DNA from: an uncultured virus (IMG/VR IMGVR_UViG_2821929668_000003)
Lineage: Duplodnaviria; Heunggongvirae; Uroviricota; Caudoviricetes
Reading direction: 5' to 3' (one strand)
DNA: 64,000 bases
Virus record (IMG/VR): IMGVR_UViG_2821929668_000003
Location: 1 to 64,000 of that record
Shown: in pieces, positions 20,105-30,854 of the stretch
Layout of the letters: each line of letters begins with the position of its first letter
How positions within the stretch are numbered: the first letter of the stretch is position 1
Made by a program: the position numbers and the translations under genes
The notes under the pieces: generated by a model
Seen by the model: the letters and a program-made list of their open reading frames with translations, nothing else
Database searches by the model: none
Told to the model about the DNA's origin: nothing

Positions 20105-23100
20105 CTAGAACGCTTGTTTACGTTCTTTAACAGCCTCTTGCTGACTTGTAATATCATCAACAAATCTTGAGAATTCTTGTTTGCCAAGTTGTACATTAAT
20201 ATAAGCCGGTTGTTTATTTATTGTTTGTATATCGGATTCACTTGTATTGCTTCCATTTTGATTTTTACTTACAGCATCTTGTCCAAAATTAGAAATTGCG
20301 GATATTCTTGAGGCATTTGCAGGTGTTTTGTACCCAGCAGAAACCATTGGAATTGTTGTCCCTGATACAGCCCCCATAGAAACATCACCAAGTGATATTC
20401 CTTCTGATAACGAATCAAACGCATCCTTCACTGTTACTGCCATATTTTTTGCGGCTCTTAAAACCGGATTCTCCATTTGGTTAATCCCCCATATTAAACC
20501 TTCACCGACGTAATTACCTGTATCTCGCATTTCCCTAGAAGGGGACTTAACTTGTAATACTCTATTTACAGTACTAACAATGCTACTTCCTAAACTCTTC
20601 GCAGCATCTATTGCATCGCCAATCATCGAACCAATTCCACCTATTAATCCTTGAACAATATTTACCCCAGTTTCAAAGAGATCAACATCTCCTAAAGACT
20701 CTAATAATTGGCTTCCAATTTCTACACCTGAGCTGAATACTTCGCCAATTAAACTCAAAATACCGTCAATTAGAGCACCTATTAGTTCAACGCCAGCTGC
20801 TAGCAATTGTGGTAAATGTTCTATAATTGCTTTTAACAATTCCGCCATTAACCTTATTGCAGCAGAAACCAATTGAGGTAGAACTTTAATTATCCCGTCT
20901 ATTAATTTAGTTAATATTTGCACACCTGCATCTATAATTTTTGGTAGATTTTGTACTATAACCTCAGTAAACTTCGTAATTATTTTAATAACCGCATCTA
21001 CAATCTGAGGGAGCATTTGAATAATCCCGTCTACTAGTTTTATTAAAATTTGCATTCCTGATTCAATAATTTGCGGTAAATTTTGAATAACAACCTCAGT
21101 GAATTTCGTAATGATCTGCATCACAGCATCAATTAATTGAGGTAGAACTTGAATGATTCCCTCAATTAATGAATTAAGGACTTTAATCCCTGCATCTATA
21201 ATTAACGGCAGATTTTGAACAATGGTATTTAATAATGTTGTCAGAATCTGAATAGCCGCTTCAATTAATTGAGGTAGCATTTGAATGATTCCATTAACTA
21301 AAGATAGTAAAATTTGAATCCCTGCATCTATTAACATAGGAATCATAGGAATTATTGTTTGAATGAACATTGTTATAACTTGTATTGCCGTCTGTACAAT
21401 CATAGGTAACATTTGTGTAATACCTTGAACAAATGCATTTATCATTTGAACTGCAGCTTCAATAATTACAGGCAAAGCCGTTACAATCGCATTAACTAGT
21501 GTTTGTATCAAGGAGATACCAATTGCTATAATCTGCGGTAACAGCGTTGTGATCCCTGTTATAAACGTTGTTACAATTAGTAAAACAGACTCTATAATTT
21601 GTGGCAGTGCTTGTGTAATCCCTTGCACTATTCCAATGATTATTTTAACTCCTTGTTCTAGAAAAACAGGTAATTGCGTCGTTACAAAGTTCGTTAGTCC
21701 TAAAACTAGATTATTTAGGATTTCTCCAAACTTACTAACCATTTGAGCGCCACCAACCCCAGTTGCTTCTGTCATTCTAGCAAACATAGTGCCAATGCCG
21801 ATGACTAATCCAGGTATACCGCCAATCAAAATAGCTAAAATTGATGGGAAAATCGTTTTAAACACTTCAGTTATTCCGGAAAAGTCACCATGAAATGCTT
21901 GTATAATAGAAGTCTTCATTGAATTTAGTGATTCTTTGATTTGGTTAACAAAATTATTAATCGCCTGTATCGTTTCGTTACTGAAACCAATGGATTTCAA
22001 CAATTTATCACCAGCATCTGCATTACCACTAATAATTTGCCAAAAAGCTTTTATTGCATTTAATGCATTGTTAATAGCATTCCTAAACGGTTCAATGTTT
22101 TTGTAAGCATATGTGAATCCTACCGCTAATCCTGTTAGTGCCGCTGCGAGAGCCCACGCTACAGGAGTGGCCATTGCTAATACAAGAACAGCAGGTTTAA
22201 TAATCATCCATAATGCAGCAAACGCTGCTCTGTAACCCAATAATAATCCCATTCCTGCACCCAATGGCAACAATAGGAGCGTTAAGGCTGGAACAAGCAT
22301 CATTGTCCCTTGAATGAATTTCGCTAAAGTAGGATGTGCTTCATTAAACGCTATAACCATTTTCGCCATAGCATTGACGAAATTAAAAATTGGAATCATT
22401 AGAGCTGCAAAAGCATCCCTCATCGGGTGTAGTGCTTTTGTTAACGACTCCATCATATTTTTATATGCTTCTGCATATTTCGGATTCATTTCCATATTTG
22501 CCTTGTGCAATTTCCCATAGAATAACACTGCACTAACTCCCACGACTAAGAAAGCCTGTCCCATACCCATTACAGACTGATTTATAATTCTGATCTGATC
22601 ATTTAGTTGTTTAGCATTTGCGTTAGGACCCAAAAACTCTAAAGCGAGCTGTGCTGCACTACTTCTATTCGCTAACCTTTCCATTGCATTAGTGGCCATT
22701 AATGTACCTCTTGATAAGTTATACAACGGATTTCCCATACGTTGTAAATTAGCCGTTAACTTACTAGAAGTTGTAGACATGTTGTTCATCATACCGATTG
22801 TTTGGAGTATAGATGCCTGTGCCGCCACATCATTTGCCATCATTGCGTCATTAGCAGCTTTTTCAGCAGCACCAATTGCATTAATCTGAGAAATTAAATC
22901 CTGGGCACTTCCAGAATACGTTGCCATTCCCATAGCAGCATCCAAATACGCTAATTTCGTACGTTTTAATTCTTCAATGTGTGGACGCATTGCTTCTCGT
23001 TGCGCGGCTTTTAATTGTCGTAACCGTTGACTATATTCGCTATTTGCATCCCCCATATTTTCGATACTTCTTCGATACTCCCGAGATGTACGATTTGTTG

Positions 23101-23203
23101 TTCTAACAAAATCATTTAATTGACTTTGCATAGCCGCCATTTCTCTTCGTATCTGATCCGTCTCAGCCCTAAACTGAACGATTAATTCCTCTTGTATCAC
23201 CAA
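20105..23203 (-). CDS. Tail tape measure protein
   Basis: Long helical protein with LPQII..G.QIL repeats and SPSR motif. Confidence 0.9.
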   Translation of the reverse strand: MVIQEELIVQFRAETDQIRREMAAMQSQLNDFVRTTNRTSREYRRSIENMGDANSEYSQRLRQLKAAQREAMRPHIEELKRTKLAYLDAAMGMATYSGSAQDLISQINAIGAAEKAANDAMMANDVAAQASILQTIGMMNNMSTTSSKLTANLQRMGNPLYNLSRGTLMATNAMERLANRSSAAQLALEFLGPNANAKQLNDQIRIINQSVMGMGQAFLVVGVSAVLFYGKLHKANMEMNPKYAEAYKNMMESLTKALHPMRDAFAALMIPIFNFVNAMAKMVIAFNEAHPTLAKFIQGTMMLVPALTLLLLPLGAGMGLLLGYRAAFAALWMIIKPAVLVLAMATPVAWALAAALTGLAVGFTYAYKNIEPFRNAINNALNAIKAFWQIISGNADAGDKLLKSIGFSNETIQAINNFVNQIKESLNSMKTSIIQAFHGDFSGITEVFKTIFPSILAILIGGIPGLVIGIGTMFARMTEATGVGGAQMVSKFGEILNNLVLGLTNFVTTQLPVFLEQGVKIIIGIVQGITQALPQIIESVLLIVTTFITGITTLLPQIIAIGISLIQTLVNAIVTALPVIIEAAVQMINAFVQGITQMLPMIVQTAIQVITMFIQTIIPMIPMLIDAGIQILLSLVNGIIQMLPQLIEAAIQILTTLLNTIVQNLPLIIDAGIKVLNSLIEGIIQVLPQLIDAVMQIITKFTEVVIQNLPQIIESGMQILIKLVDGIIQMLPQIVDAVIKIITKFTEVIVQNLPKIIDAGVQILTKLIDGIIKVLPQLVSAAIRLMAELLKAIIEHLPQLLAAGVELIGALIDGILSLIGEVFSSGVEIGSQLLESLGDVDLFETGVNIVQGLIGGIGSMIGDAIDAAKSLGSSIVSTVNRVLQVKSPSREMRDTGNYVGEGLIWGINQMENPVLRAAKNMAVTVKDAFDSLSEGISLGDVSMGAVSGTTIPMVSAGYKTPANASRISAISNFGQDAVSKNQNGSNTSESDIQTINKQPAYINVQLGKQEFSRFVDDITSQQEAVKERKQAF

Positions 23204-23222
23204 AATCTCACCTACCTTTCAA

Positions 23223-23678
23223 TCAACCTAAATTGAGATTTTGTAAGAATTTTATATCTTCCTCAGCTTGCTTCGCACGATTTTCAATAGATTTTTTCTT
23301 CTGTTCATCAGTAATCATTTTCGATCTATCAAATAAATCTTTTGGTTTCATACTCTTCTTTGGATTACTGTGATAAACCGAGCGCATCATCAGAGCAAAT
23401 ATGCTATAGGTTTGCAATTCATCTAAATATTGTTCATTTCTCCCTGTCATCATATTTTGAAACTCACGGGGAGTCAGGTTCATTACCTCATTTGGTAATA
23501 AACCTAAATACCTAAATCCATCCTGCTGTACCTTGTCTATTTCTTCTCTAGAGAAGTCTGCGGTTCGTCGTCCGTCCCGTACATTTCCTCCGCGATCTCC
23601 TTGAACTCTGGATTCTTCGCTAGTAATTGTTTCTTCATTCGGTTTTTGTACTGTTTCGTCTTCGCTTTGTAGAAAAAA
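23223..23678 (-). CDS. Tail assembly chaperone C-terminal (gpGT-like) part, reached by -1 frameshift
   Basis: -1 frame open from slippery TTTTTTC (23678-23672) to stop 23223; LTPREF motif. Confidence 0.7.
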   Translation of the reverse strand, partial: FFLQSEDETVQKPNEETITSEESRVQGDRGGNVRDGRRTADFSREEIDKVQQDGFRYLGLLPNEVMNLTPREFQNMMTGRNEQYLDELQTYSIFALMMRSVYHSNPKKSMKPKDLFDRSKMITDEQKKKSIENRAKQAEEDIKFLQNLNLG

Positions 23679-23959
23679 TTGTCCGCTACCACTTCGTTAA
23701 GGACATCTTCAATGTATTGTTGGGAGATTTTCTCCTCTACAAACAGTTTTTCAATAGTAGCTGTAACTTTAGCTCGTGTAAATCCTTCTTCTGTATGCAT
23801 TAATCCGAACTAAACTGCATCTTCAAACAGGTCTAAATCACCTTGTAAACAAGCAGCGATAACTTGGTTTGCGCCCCCTTCATATTTCTTGTTCAATTCT
23901 GCAATAGATTTATAAGTAAGTTTTAATTCATATTCTTTTTCTTCGATTTCAAAACGCAT
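23537..23959 (-). pseudogene. Tail assembly chaperone (gpG-like) with in-frame TAG at 23812-23810
   Basis: MRFEIEEKEYELKLTYKSI...FEDAV*FGLMHTEE, RBS AAGGAG. Confidence 0.75.
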
Positions 23960-24024
23960 ATATATCAATCTCCTTTTAATTGGATGTTATTTTCAAATTT
24001 AAAAAGAGCGGTGAAAACCGCTCT

Positions 24025-24504
24025 TTATTCTCCTGCACCTTTAGGAATTTCAGTTAATGTTTCTGTACGTGTTGTACCAGAAAGCTTTGTCTCTACTGAA
24101 TAAGAAACAAATTCTCCAGTAGATGATGATCTTTCAAAAGAAGTCAGCATATATGTTCCAATTTCAGCTTCTTTTGTACGCTTATTAATTTCATAAATCT
24201 CGATGTACTCTTTGTTTCGAATAGCAGCTTTTGCAGCCGGGTAGAACACGTCTCCCTCTGATAACGTACAACCAAATGAACGAGTCTCAGATACTTTACC
24301 ATAGTCATTAATCGTTCTATCTTTCGACTCTGCTTCAATCTCATCTGCTTCAATACTATGAGATTCTTCGTTTTGATCAAACGGACGAACTAATTTTTTT
24401 GCTGTTGGATTTGCTGGATCCTTTATCATCGCAGCGATAATATATTCGTCACCACGATACATTTTATTTTTCACAGTAGGTGTTGTTTCAGTTGTGCCAG
24501 CCAT
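24025..24504 (-). CDS. Major tail tube protein (TP901-1-like)
   Basis: Position, ESKD motif, size. Confidence 0.8.
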   Translation of the reverse strand: MAGTTETTPTVKNKMYRGDEYIIAAMIKDPANPTAKKLVRPFDQNEESHSIEADEIEAESKDRTINDYGKVSETRSFGCTLSEGDVFYPAAKAAIRNKEYIEIYEINKRTKEAEIGTYMLTSFERSSSTGEFVSYSVETKLSGTTRTETLTEIPKGAGE

Positions 24505-24517
24505 ACATTCACACTCC

Positions 24518-24919
24518 TTAATTCAAGTAAGTTTGTTGGTATTCAAAAATCATTGTTAATTGCGCTGAACCAACCTCAACTGGGGCGGTAGTCACTCTTC
24601 TTAAATAGACGGTATCAGGCGATTCACTTCCATCTTCATTGCGAAGATTCACTGTGTAACCGCTACGTCTAATTAAGTTTGCAATCTCATCAGATAGATT
24701 CATAGCTTCCTCTGTCGTTGCATTAAAAAACCTTACTGTCATTGTGTACAGTAAGGTGAATGTATCCTTTGTATTTTTTAAATCATTCGTTGATAAGTGC
24801 GGGAAATAAACTGAAGGCACTCTTATTTCTTCTGGTACCTGCTCATGATAAGCGAATGAACCTTGAGGCAAGTTATCGAAGACAAAAGCCTTCATAGAAC
24901 CGTGTATCTGTGCGTACAT
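24518..24919 (-). CDS. Tail terminator/completion protein
   Basis: Synteny; PSVYFP motif. Confidence 0.6.
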   Translation of the reverse strand: MYAQIHGSMKAFVFDNLPQGSFAYHEQVPEEIRVPSVYFPHLSTNDLKNTKDTFTLLYTMTVRFFNATTEEAMNLSDEIANLIRRSGYTVNLRNEDGSESPDTVYLRRVTTAPVEVGSAQLTMIFEYQQTYLN

Positions 24920-24922
24920 AAC

Positions 24923-25408
24923 CTAACCTCCATTCACCCACTGACGGAATTTCCGGTCAAAGGCAGTTTGGAACATACGCTCATAGATTGCTATTGCATT
25001 CTCCCAATAAGGACGACCTTCTATGAATTTAGCAGTCAGCATCATTCCAGTTGGTGCATGCGGATCATATTCAAAATTATGCCCTTCCCATCTTCCCGGG
25101 ACGAATCTCCTTACCTGCTGCCATCCATCATTCTGAAGCTTCGCATATTCCACATTTGTCCCCACCTCTAATACTAAACCGCCATCAGAGGAACGCCATA
25201 CGTTCCCATCTCCGCCCTTATCAAACGAATTTAGCAGTCTCCTAGTATCAACAACCGCTAAAGAAATGATTTGATTTTGTACTTCTTCTAGAAATTGAAA
25301 ACCGCTAGCTTCAAGCCATAAAGCGACGTTCTGATCTAACCCGTTCGCCATACGATTCAACTTAGCACTGAATTCGCGGAACCCTCTAGTCGTTATTTGG
25401 CTAGCCAT
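24923..25408 (-). CDS. HK97 gp10 family neck protein
   Basis: VDTRRLLNS, VGTNVEYA, GRPY. Confidence 0.8.
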   Translation of the reverse strand: MASQITTRGFREFSAKLNRMANGLDQNVALWLEASGFQFLEEVQNQIISLAVVDTRRLLNSFDKGGDGNVWRSSDGGLVLEVGTNVEYAKLQNDGWQQVRRFVPGRWEGHNFEYDPHAPTGMMLTAKFIEGRPYWENAIAIYERMFQTAFDRKFRQWVNGG

Positions 25409-25785
25409 GGCTCACTCTTCCTTTCTGCAGTGGCCTTTATATGCGAAACCTCGCTAGTAAGTGGATGCACTACCGGAAAAGGATTGCGTATATAGTAAAC
25501 GACATCAGTATTCTTCTTGATTACCTTGTCATTATGTTTTATATCTGTACCAGGCATAAATAGCACTCGTGTGTGCTGTTCATTTAGTTGATTTGGTGCA
25601 GATTGTATTGCAGTAGGTCTACCACTTACTACATTCTCTGCAAAGTAACAACTTTGTTCTGCTATATCAGGATTTTCATTGTAATAATATACAGTTTCTC
25701 CTGGCTGACCAAACTTACCTGGCTGTTCTTTCTTCTGCAAATGGTAAACATCACATGCGTGAACCATCATTCCTTTTAGAGACAT
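25393..25785 (-). CDS. Head closure protein (XkdH/YqbH-like)
   Basis: Synteny; MVHACDVYHL. Confidence 0.65.
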   Translation of the reverse strand: MSLKGMMVHACDVYHLQKKEQPGKFGQPGETVYYYNENPDIAEQSCYFAENVVSGRPTAIQSAPNQLNEQHTRVLFMPGTDIKHNDKVIKKNTDVVYYIRNPFPVVHPLTSEVSHIKATAERKSEPWLAK

Positions 25786-26186
25786 TAAATAGACCTCATT
25801 TTAAATATGACTTTCTTTTTGCTTGTGTTAGGTATAAATCCCTTTAATAAATTAAGCACATCCGGTTTGGTGATACTTGAACTATCCTTCGTATACGAAT
25901 AATCCCCTCCACCAACACTTTCAGACTTAATGCCCTCCATAGCTTTCGTATCAGCATTTTTATAAGCGTAATGCTGTGCCAACTTCTTACAAGCTAGTTT
26001 TACCTCTTTAGGAATTACCGGGAATCTCGTTATATCAGCGAAATTAGCTATGTTAGGAATATTATTAATCTCTGTTTCCGCCTCAAGTATATCCTGCTCC
26101 AATAGAGGAACAGGACGCTTTTTCACTTCAGGCAGCACAGTATAATCTATTAATTCTTGAGCAGTAATAAGCGACATACCTATCAC
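25785..26186 (-). CDS. Head-tail connector (YqbG-like)
   Basis: VKLACKKLA, KSESVG.DYSYT. Confidence 0.7.
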   Translation of the reverse strand: MIGMSLITAQELIDYTVLPEVKKRPVPLLEQDILEAETEINNIPNIANFADITRFPVIPKEVKLACKKLAQHYAYKNADTKAMEGIKSESVGGGDYSYTKDSSSITKPDVLNLLKGFIPNTSKKKVIFKMRSI

Positions 26187-26350
26187 TCCTCTCCTTTAGA
26201 TTTACTACCTTCTTTTCGGACTGCAAATTGTTCGTTACCACTTAGATAATCGTACGTTTTCTTTGTAACCTTCTCTTCTTGCCCCAATAAAAATAGACGT
26301 TCATGGACGTCATATGTTTTCCCGACTATTAATTTAGCATAGTAATTCAA
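26183..26350 (-). CDS. Small head protein (YqbF-like), 55 aa, not in the ORF track
   Basis: TTG start with AAGGAG RBS; MNYYAKLIVGKTY... Confidence 0.6.
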   Translation of the reverse strand: MNYYAKLIVGKTYDVHERLFLLGQEEKVTKKTYDYLSGNEQFAVRKEGSKSKGEE

Positions 26351-26356
26351 AAGTCA

Positions 26357-27286
26357 TCACTCCTTAACTTTGATAACTTTTGCCACTGCATCTTCCTCTT
26401 CGAACTTCACATCAACTTTCGCAGTTAAAACAATAATGAATTTACGAGCGCGAATATCCTTATCCACTTCAATTCGAATATTACGGCTCATACCTGTCAC
26501 AATATTTTTAGGAAGAGTTAATAAAATATCAGATACAGTATTGGCTCCATCATTATATGGCTGTAACATAGCAATCCCCTCTACTGGAATACCATAAGCA
26601 GAAGCTAAACCACCTTGAAGTGAAACATCCCCTAAGTTAGTTTGTCGCATTGCTACTTGATCTTTCCATTCAATTTCTAAACCATGTGATGTGTAAAACT
26701 TCCAATCTTTAGGGTTACGCAGGTATTTAGCAGGAACAGCTTTATAAGCTTTCTTAAATACATCTTTAGTAAATGCACCTGCAGCACCATCTACAACATG
26801 CGACGTTGCTTGTTTACGCAGACCATCTAATAAAGCTAAATAAGGATCTGCAGATGCTATATCACCATTCAAAATTAATTCTTCAATATCTAATGCAGCA
26901 CGATCTGCAATCATCTGCATGATAGTATTTTGAAGATTCCCACCCTCAATATTGTTTTCCAAAGTATCATAAGTAATATGCACTTCAGCAATTACTTCTT
27001 TGGCATTTAACGTAATTGTACTAGTTGATGGAGCAGAGCGATCAGAGTCTTTTAAAGGTACACCTTCAACGCCAGGACGAAGAATACGGGAACCAAAGCC
27101 AATCTTTTCAATTTTAAGTGTGTCTGAAGCCATTTGAATAAAGCGCGAATCCTTTAAAATAGTAGGGGAGTTTTGCACCATACGTAAGAATGTATCAGCT
27201 TGTTCAGGATTCATTAAACCACCACTAGCCAATGTGGCAAGAGTAACGTCTGCTTTTTCAATAATTGTTTTGTTATTAAGTGTCAT
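26357..27286 (-). CDS. Major capsid protein (XkdG-like)
   Basis: [25 protein letters not shown]. Confidence 0.9.
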   Translation of the reverse strand: MTLNNKTIIEKADVTLATLASGGLMNPEQADTFLRMVQNSPTILKDSRFIQMASDTLKIEKIGFGSRILRPGVEGVPLKDSDRSAPSTSTITLNAKEVIAEVHITYDTLENNIEGGNLQNTIMQMIADRAALDIEELILNGDIASADPYLALLDGLRKQATSHVVDGAAGAFTKDVFKKAYKAVPAKYLRNPKDWKFYTSHGLEIEWKDQVAMRQTNLGDVSLQGGLASAYGIPVEGIAMLQPYNDGANTVSDILLTLPKNIVTGMSRNIRIEVDKDIRARKFIIVLTAKVDVKFEEEDAVAKVIKVKE

Positions 27287-27307
27287 ATACCTTTTCCTCC
27301 TTCAGGC

Positions 27308-28342
27308 TTACAGTAAGCCATTCCATACAGATTTTTTGACTTCAGTTTTTTCAACAACATCAGTATCTTGTTGATTGCTAACGCCTTGAGATTTTTTCAA
27401 CGTTTCAATCTCTTCACGTAGAGGAGCAGTCGCAGCTTCAACAGCTTTTTCTACTCTAATATCTTCTTCTGTTTTTTCCTCGTCGATATTAAGATGTTTT
27501 TTAACAGAAGCTAATTCCTCTTTAATTGGATTCACTGCTTTCTCTACTGCGGATGCTAATGTCTTTTCTAACTGTTCTTGATTAAACTCCATATTATCTT
27601 CCTCACTTCCTGCACCTTCTGTTGACGGCGCGACGCGTGTTTTTAGATTTGTTAACGAATCAATAGCTGCATCGATATCGGACATGTTCACATTACTGAT
27701 TTTCTTACCAGCTTTTTCTACTGCGAAAAGGAATGTTGCTTCATCATCAGCATCTTTCACAACTTCAATCTGTTTTTGCCCACTAAAAAAGCCCTTCACC
27801 AATTGGAAGAAGGACTTCATTTGTTTCTCTTCAGTTTTAGTTACTTCTTCCTCAATTACTTCTGTCTCGGCAACTCCTGCAAGGGAATAGCCTGTCATTT
27901 TTCCATCTTTAATATCTTTCCAAATCTCATCGGTTGCTTCTGTCACCAGTACCCATGTACCTTTTGTGATTATTTCACCGTTTATTTCCATATCGACAGG
28001 AGCTACATAACTTTCTACTACTTTTCCTGCTCCTGCATTAAAATCATGTTGAGTGTCGATATTACGATACTTAGCAATAAAATTATGAGCGGATTTTTCT
28101 ATTTCTTCCGCAGTCATGAAATCCCCGTGTGCGTCATGAGTGTTTGGGTCATCCGCGCTACCAGGAGAGTATACAATTCCATATACAAGTTTTTGCTCTT
28201 CGTCTTCACCTTTAATAATTTTGACTTCTTTTTCAAACGTTGGTTCCTGTTCACTTTTCGTTAAGAAGAATTTCTTTTTGTTTGCAGCTTTATCCACAAT
28301 AGAAACAAAGCTTACATCCACGTTTTTTAGTTTTCTTGGCAT
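27308..28342 (-). CDS. XkdF-like prohead protease/scaffold
   Basis: VSIVDKAAN, DAHGD, IDTQH, GYSLAG. Confidence 0.85.
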   Translation of the reverse strand: MPRKLKNVDVSFVSIVDKAANKKKFFLTKSEQEPTFEKEVKIIKGEDEEQKLVYGIVYSPGSADDPNTHDAHGDFMTAEEIEKSAHNFIAKYRNIDTQHDFNAGAGKVVESYVAPVDMEINGEIITKGTWVLVTEATDEIWKDIKDGKMTGYSLAGVAETEVIEEEVTKTEEKQMKSFFQLVKGFFSGQKQIEVVKDADDEATFLFAVEKAGKKISNVNMSDIDAAIDSLTNLKTRVAPSTEGAGSEEDNMEFNQEQLEKTLASAVEKAVNPIKEELASVKKHLNIDEEKTEEDIRVEKAVEAATAPLREEIETLKKSQGVSNQQDTDVVEKTEVKKSVWNGLL

Positions 28343-28388
28343 TTACTCACCCCCTTTCAAATATGAATCAGCTTAATTTTAGAAGTCT

Positions 28389-29339
28389 TCATTTCTTGTT
28401 CAACTCCTTCAAAGTTTCTTCCCTAATCTTCTGTTTCTCTTCTTCAGATAGGCCTAATATATTGTTATCTACGGCAGGGGACATAATACATTTACAGTTA
28501 ATTCTTTCACGCCCACTTAACGAACTATCACGAGGAAACATACACCGTTCTCCAGAACCGGGGAGCTCAAATTCTTCCTCTACCAGAACCGTTGTACCGT
28601 CATACGCCACATGATTATCACGAGGTTGATTGTTCTTTGTACCGCTATGACGCCACTTCTTACCTATTACAGCAGGGGATTGACGATATGATTCAAATTG
28701 AGAAGCAGAACATGCTGCGAGGACTTCTGTCTGCGCTGTTGTCTTTGCTCTTTTACGGTCGAATTCCGGTAGCTTCGCAAGCTCTCTTGCTATTTCCTGA
28801 ATACCTTTCCCTTTCTTTAATCCCTCGTTTAAAATACGCTCTACTGCTTTTTGCGAGTTAATCTGCATTAACTTACCTAATTCATCAGACCAACTATTAA
28901 TCCACTTTGTAGTCCGTTTTGAGAAGATATTAAACTGAATATCAGGATCAATTGCATCCATGAAAGCTTTCGTCATATCCTTCATCGTGTAATTAAGGAA
29001 TTTCCTCGCTGCTTTACTCAAACTTTTAGCGAATGTATCAGCTCCAAATAGACTGCCAGTAACAAAGTCGATAATATCCTTTATCTTGATACTCTTCTCT
29101 ACAGCATCTTTTTTCGTAAAGTTCTTAATCCCATCTATAAAATATTTCTTCTGCTTCCTTAGCAGTTTAGCAATCTCCTTTTCGAATTCCTCAACGTATC
29201 CTGGTAACATGTCCAATACTTCTAAATCAGCAGGTAATGCAGCCGTAAAATCATCAGTATCAGCTTTCTCTATCCACTCATTTAGTGAAGTTAGCAATTT
29301 ATCAATCTTCTGCATCTTGCATCGACTCCAGTAAGTCAC
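28389..29339 (-). CDS. Minor head protein (Mu gpF/SPP1 gp7 family)
   Basis: RAKTTAQTE, KKW, R..H, INCKC. Confidence 0.85.
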   Translation of the reverse strand: MTYWSRCKMQKIDKLLTSLNEWIEKADTDDFTAALPADLEVLDMLPGYVEEFEKEIAKLLRKQKKYFIDGIKNFTKKDAVEKSIKIKDIIDFVTGSLFGADTFAKSLSKAARKFLNYTMKDMTKAFMDAIDPDIQFNIFSKRTTKWINSWSDELGKLMQINSQKAVERILNEGLKKGKGIQEIARELAKLPEFDRKRAKTTAQTEVLAACSASQFESYRQSPAVIGKKWRHSGTKNNQPRDNHVAYDGTTVLVEEEFELPGSGERCMFPRDSSLSGRERINCKCIMSPAVDNNILGLSEEEKQKIREETLKELNKK

Positions 29340-30840
29340 GTAGGTCTTTCATTACATTGATTAAATCTTCATTTGAACCGCTATCAGCTGACTTCTGCAA
29401 CTTCTCACTTAGACCTTTTTCCCAACCGCTTACTTTACGTTGACGTTCTAACACCAGAGCTACAGGTTGGTCTGCTTCTGGCATATTGTAGTCTGAGAAT
29501 TCTTTATTTAACATGTTACCTGCAATATTACGTATATCTTGGAATGTTAACCCGCCCTTATCAGCAAGTACCTCAATTGTTTTAACCATATCTTCAGTAT
29601 TGCTAATCTCTGATTTACGTAAGTTCACATATACGTGTTTTAATCCATATGGAAGCAACAGGACATTGTTGATAATAAACTCTAAGTTGTTACGCTCAGG
29701 TTCAAATACCTGCTCCTCTGTAATCTCTCGTACAGATTCAGCAGTTGCTCTGTTAAAGTCGCGAATATAACCTACATATACGTCTGGTAAACGGAATGCT
29801 GATTGTACTTTTTGACGTGATTTCTCATCGTATTCAAGGAATAGAGCATCATTTTGCAGGATATCTGCTAGTGATTTAAGCTCGATATCCACTGACGTTG
29901 GAGTATCACCTACAATACCCTCTTCAGCACTTTCCACTTGCAGTAGCAGATATTTATGTTGATTATCTTCACCTTCAACATTCGAAACATAATCAGTTAG
30001 AGCTGCTTCACTTTCTTCTGATAAAATCCCATTCTTCAGCAAGATAGCCATCGGAATATGACGCCCTTGTTTGAAATAGCGTAGATTTAATTCCTCTGCC
30101 TTCCTAGCTCCTACCATATGAACAACATGCGATACCCAACGTGGGATACCATAAGGGCCATTCCCTATCTTCAGTTGTATTACTTCAGTGGCGTTTTTTT
30201 CGCCAAATGTAGAAGTACCAAATTGGCCAGTTTCTTTATTCAAGAAGCGTGGATCCCCGAATTCTTTAAAGTACGTGTCAGTATTTCCTACTCGCTGCAC
30301 ATAGCGACGAAATAGTTTTTTTCTTTTAACTTCATTTCCGTTAATGGTATAAGTAACCTCTTGAGGTTTATCATCCTTACGTGTGATCCTCATGTACTGC
30401 GACAACATATTTACTAATTCAGCAGGTTTCCCATCTAAATTACGAATCACTTCAATATATCCATTGCCTGTGGTTTCTCTATCGTCGATACTTGTCTCAA
30501 GAACTTCTTTAAACGGTTTGTCGAAACTAAAGAAAGGAATTACCTCATCATTCACAAAGGACCATTCCATTTTCATCTCTGTCGTTTCTTTAATATCACC
30601 TTGCTTATACTTCATCTCATGACCAAATCCAGCAATATTACGCTTATACGCATCAATACACTGCCCAAGAATCGTACTATTTTCCCTAATCTGCTGCAAA
30701 TCTTCAATTATATAAGGCGGTTCGATAATATCATTAACTGCATTCTTCTCATTCTCGTACTCTTGTTGGCGAGATAATACTTGAGTACTTGTCCCTACTG
30801 CCTTAATTACCTTTGCACTAACTTTACTTTTCTTTGTCAT
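29302..30840 (-). CDS. Portal protein (PBSX family)
   Basis: TGNGYIEV, YGIPRW, FNRATA. Confidence 0.9.
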   Translation of the reverse strand: MTKKSKVSAKVIKAVGTSTQVLSRQQEYENEKNAVNDIIEPPYIIEDLQQIRENSTILGQCIDAYKRNIAGFGHEMKYKQGDIKETTEMKMEWSFVNDEVIPFFSFDKPFKEVLETSIDDRETTGNGYIEVIRNLDGKPAELVNMLSQYMRITRKDDKPQEVTYTINGNEVKRKKLFRRYVQRVGNTDTYFKEFGDPRFLNKETGQFGTSTFGEKNATEVIQLKIGNGPYGIPRWVSHVVHMVGARKAEELNLRYFKQGRHIPMAILLKNGILSEESEAALTDYVSNVEGEDNQHKYLLLQVESAEEGIVGDTPTSVDIELKSLADILQNDALFLEYDEKSRQKVQSAFRLPDVYVGYIRDFNRATAESVREITEEQVFEPERNNLEFIINNVLLLPYGLKHVYVNLRKSEISNTEDMVKTIEVLADKGGLTFQDIRNIAGNMLNKEFSDYNMPEADQPVALVLERQRKVSGWEKGLSEKLQKSADSGSNEDLINVMKDLRDLLESMQDAED

Positions 30841-30854
30841 TAAGTTGCTTCACC

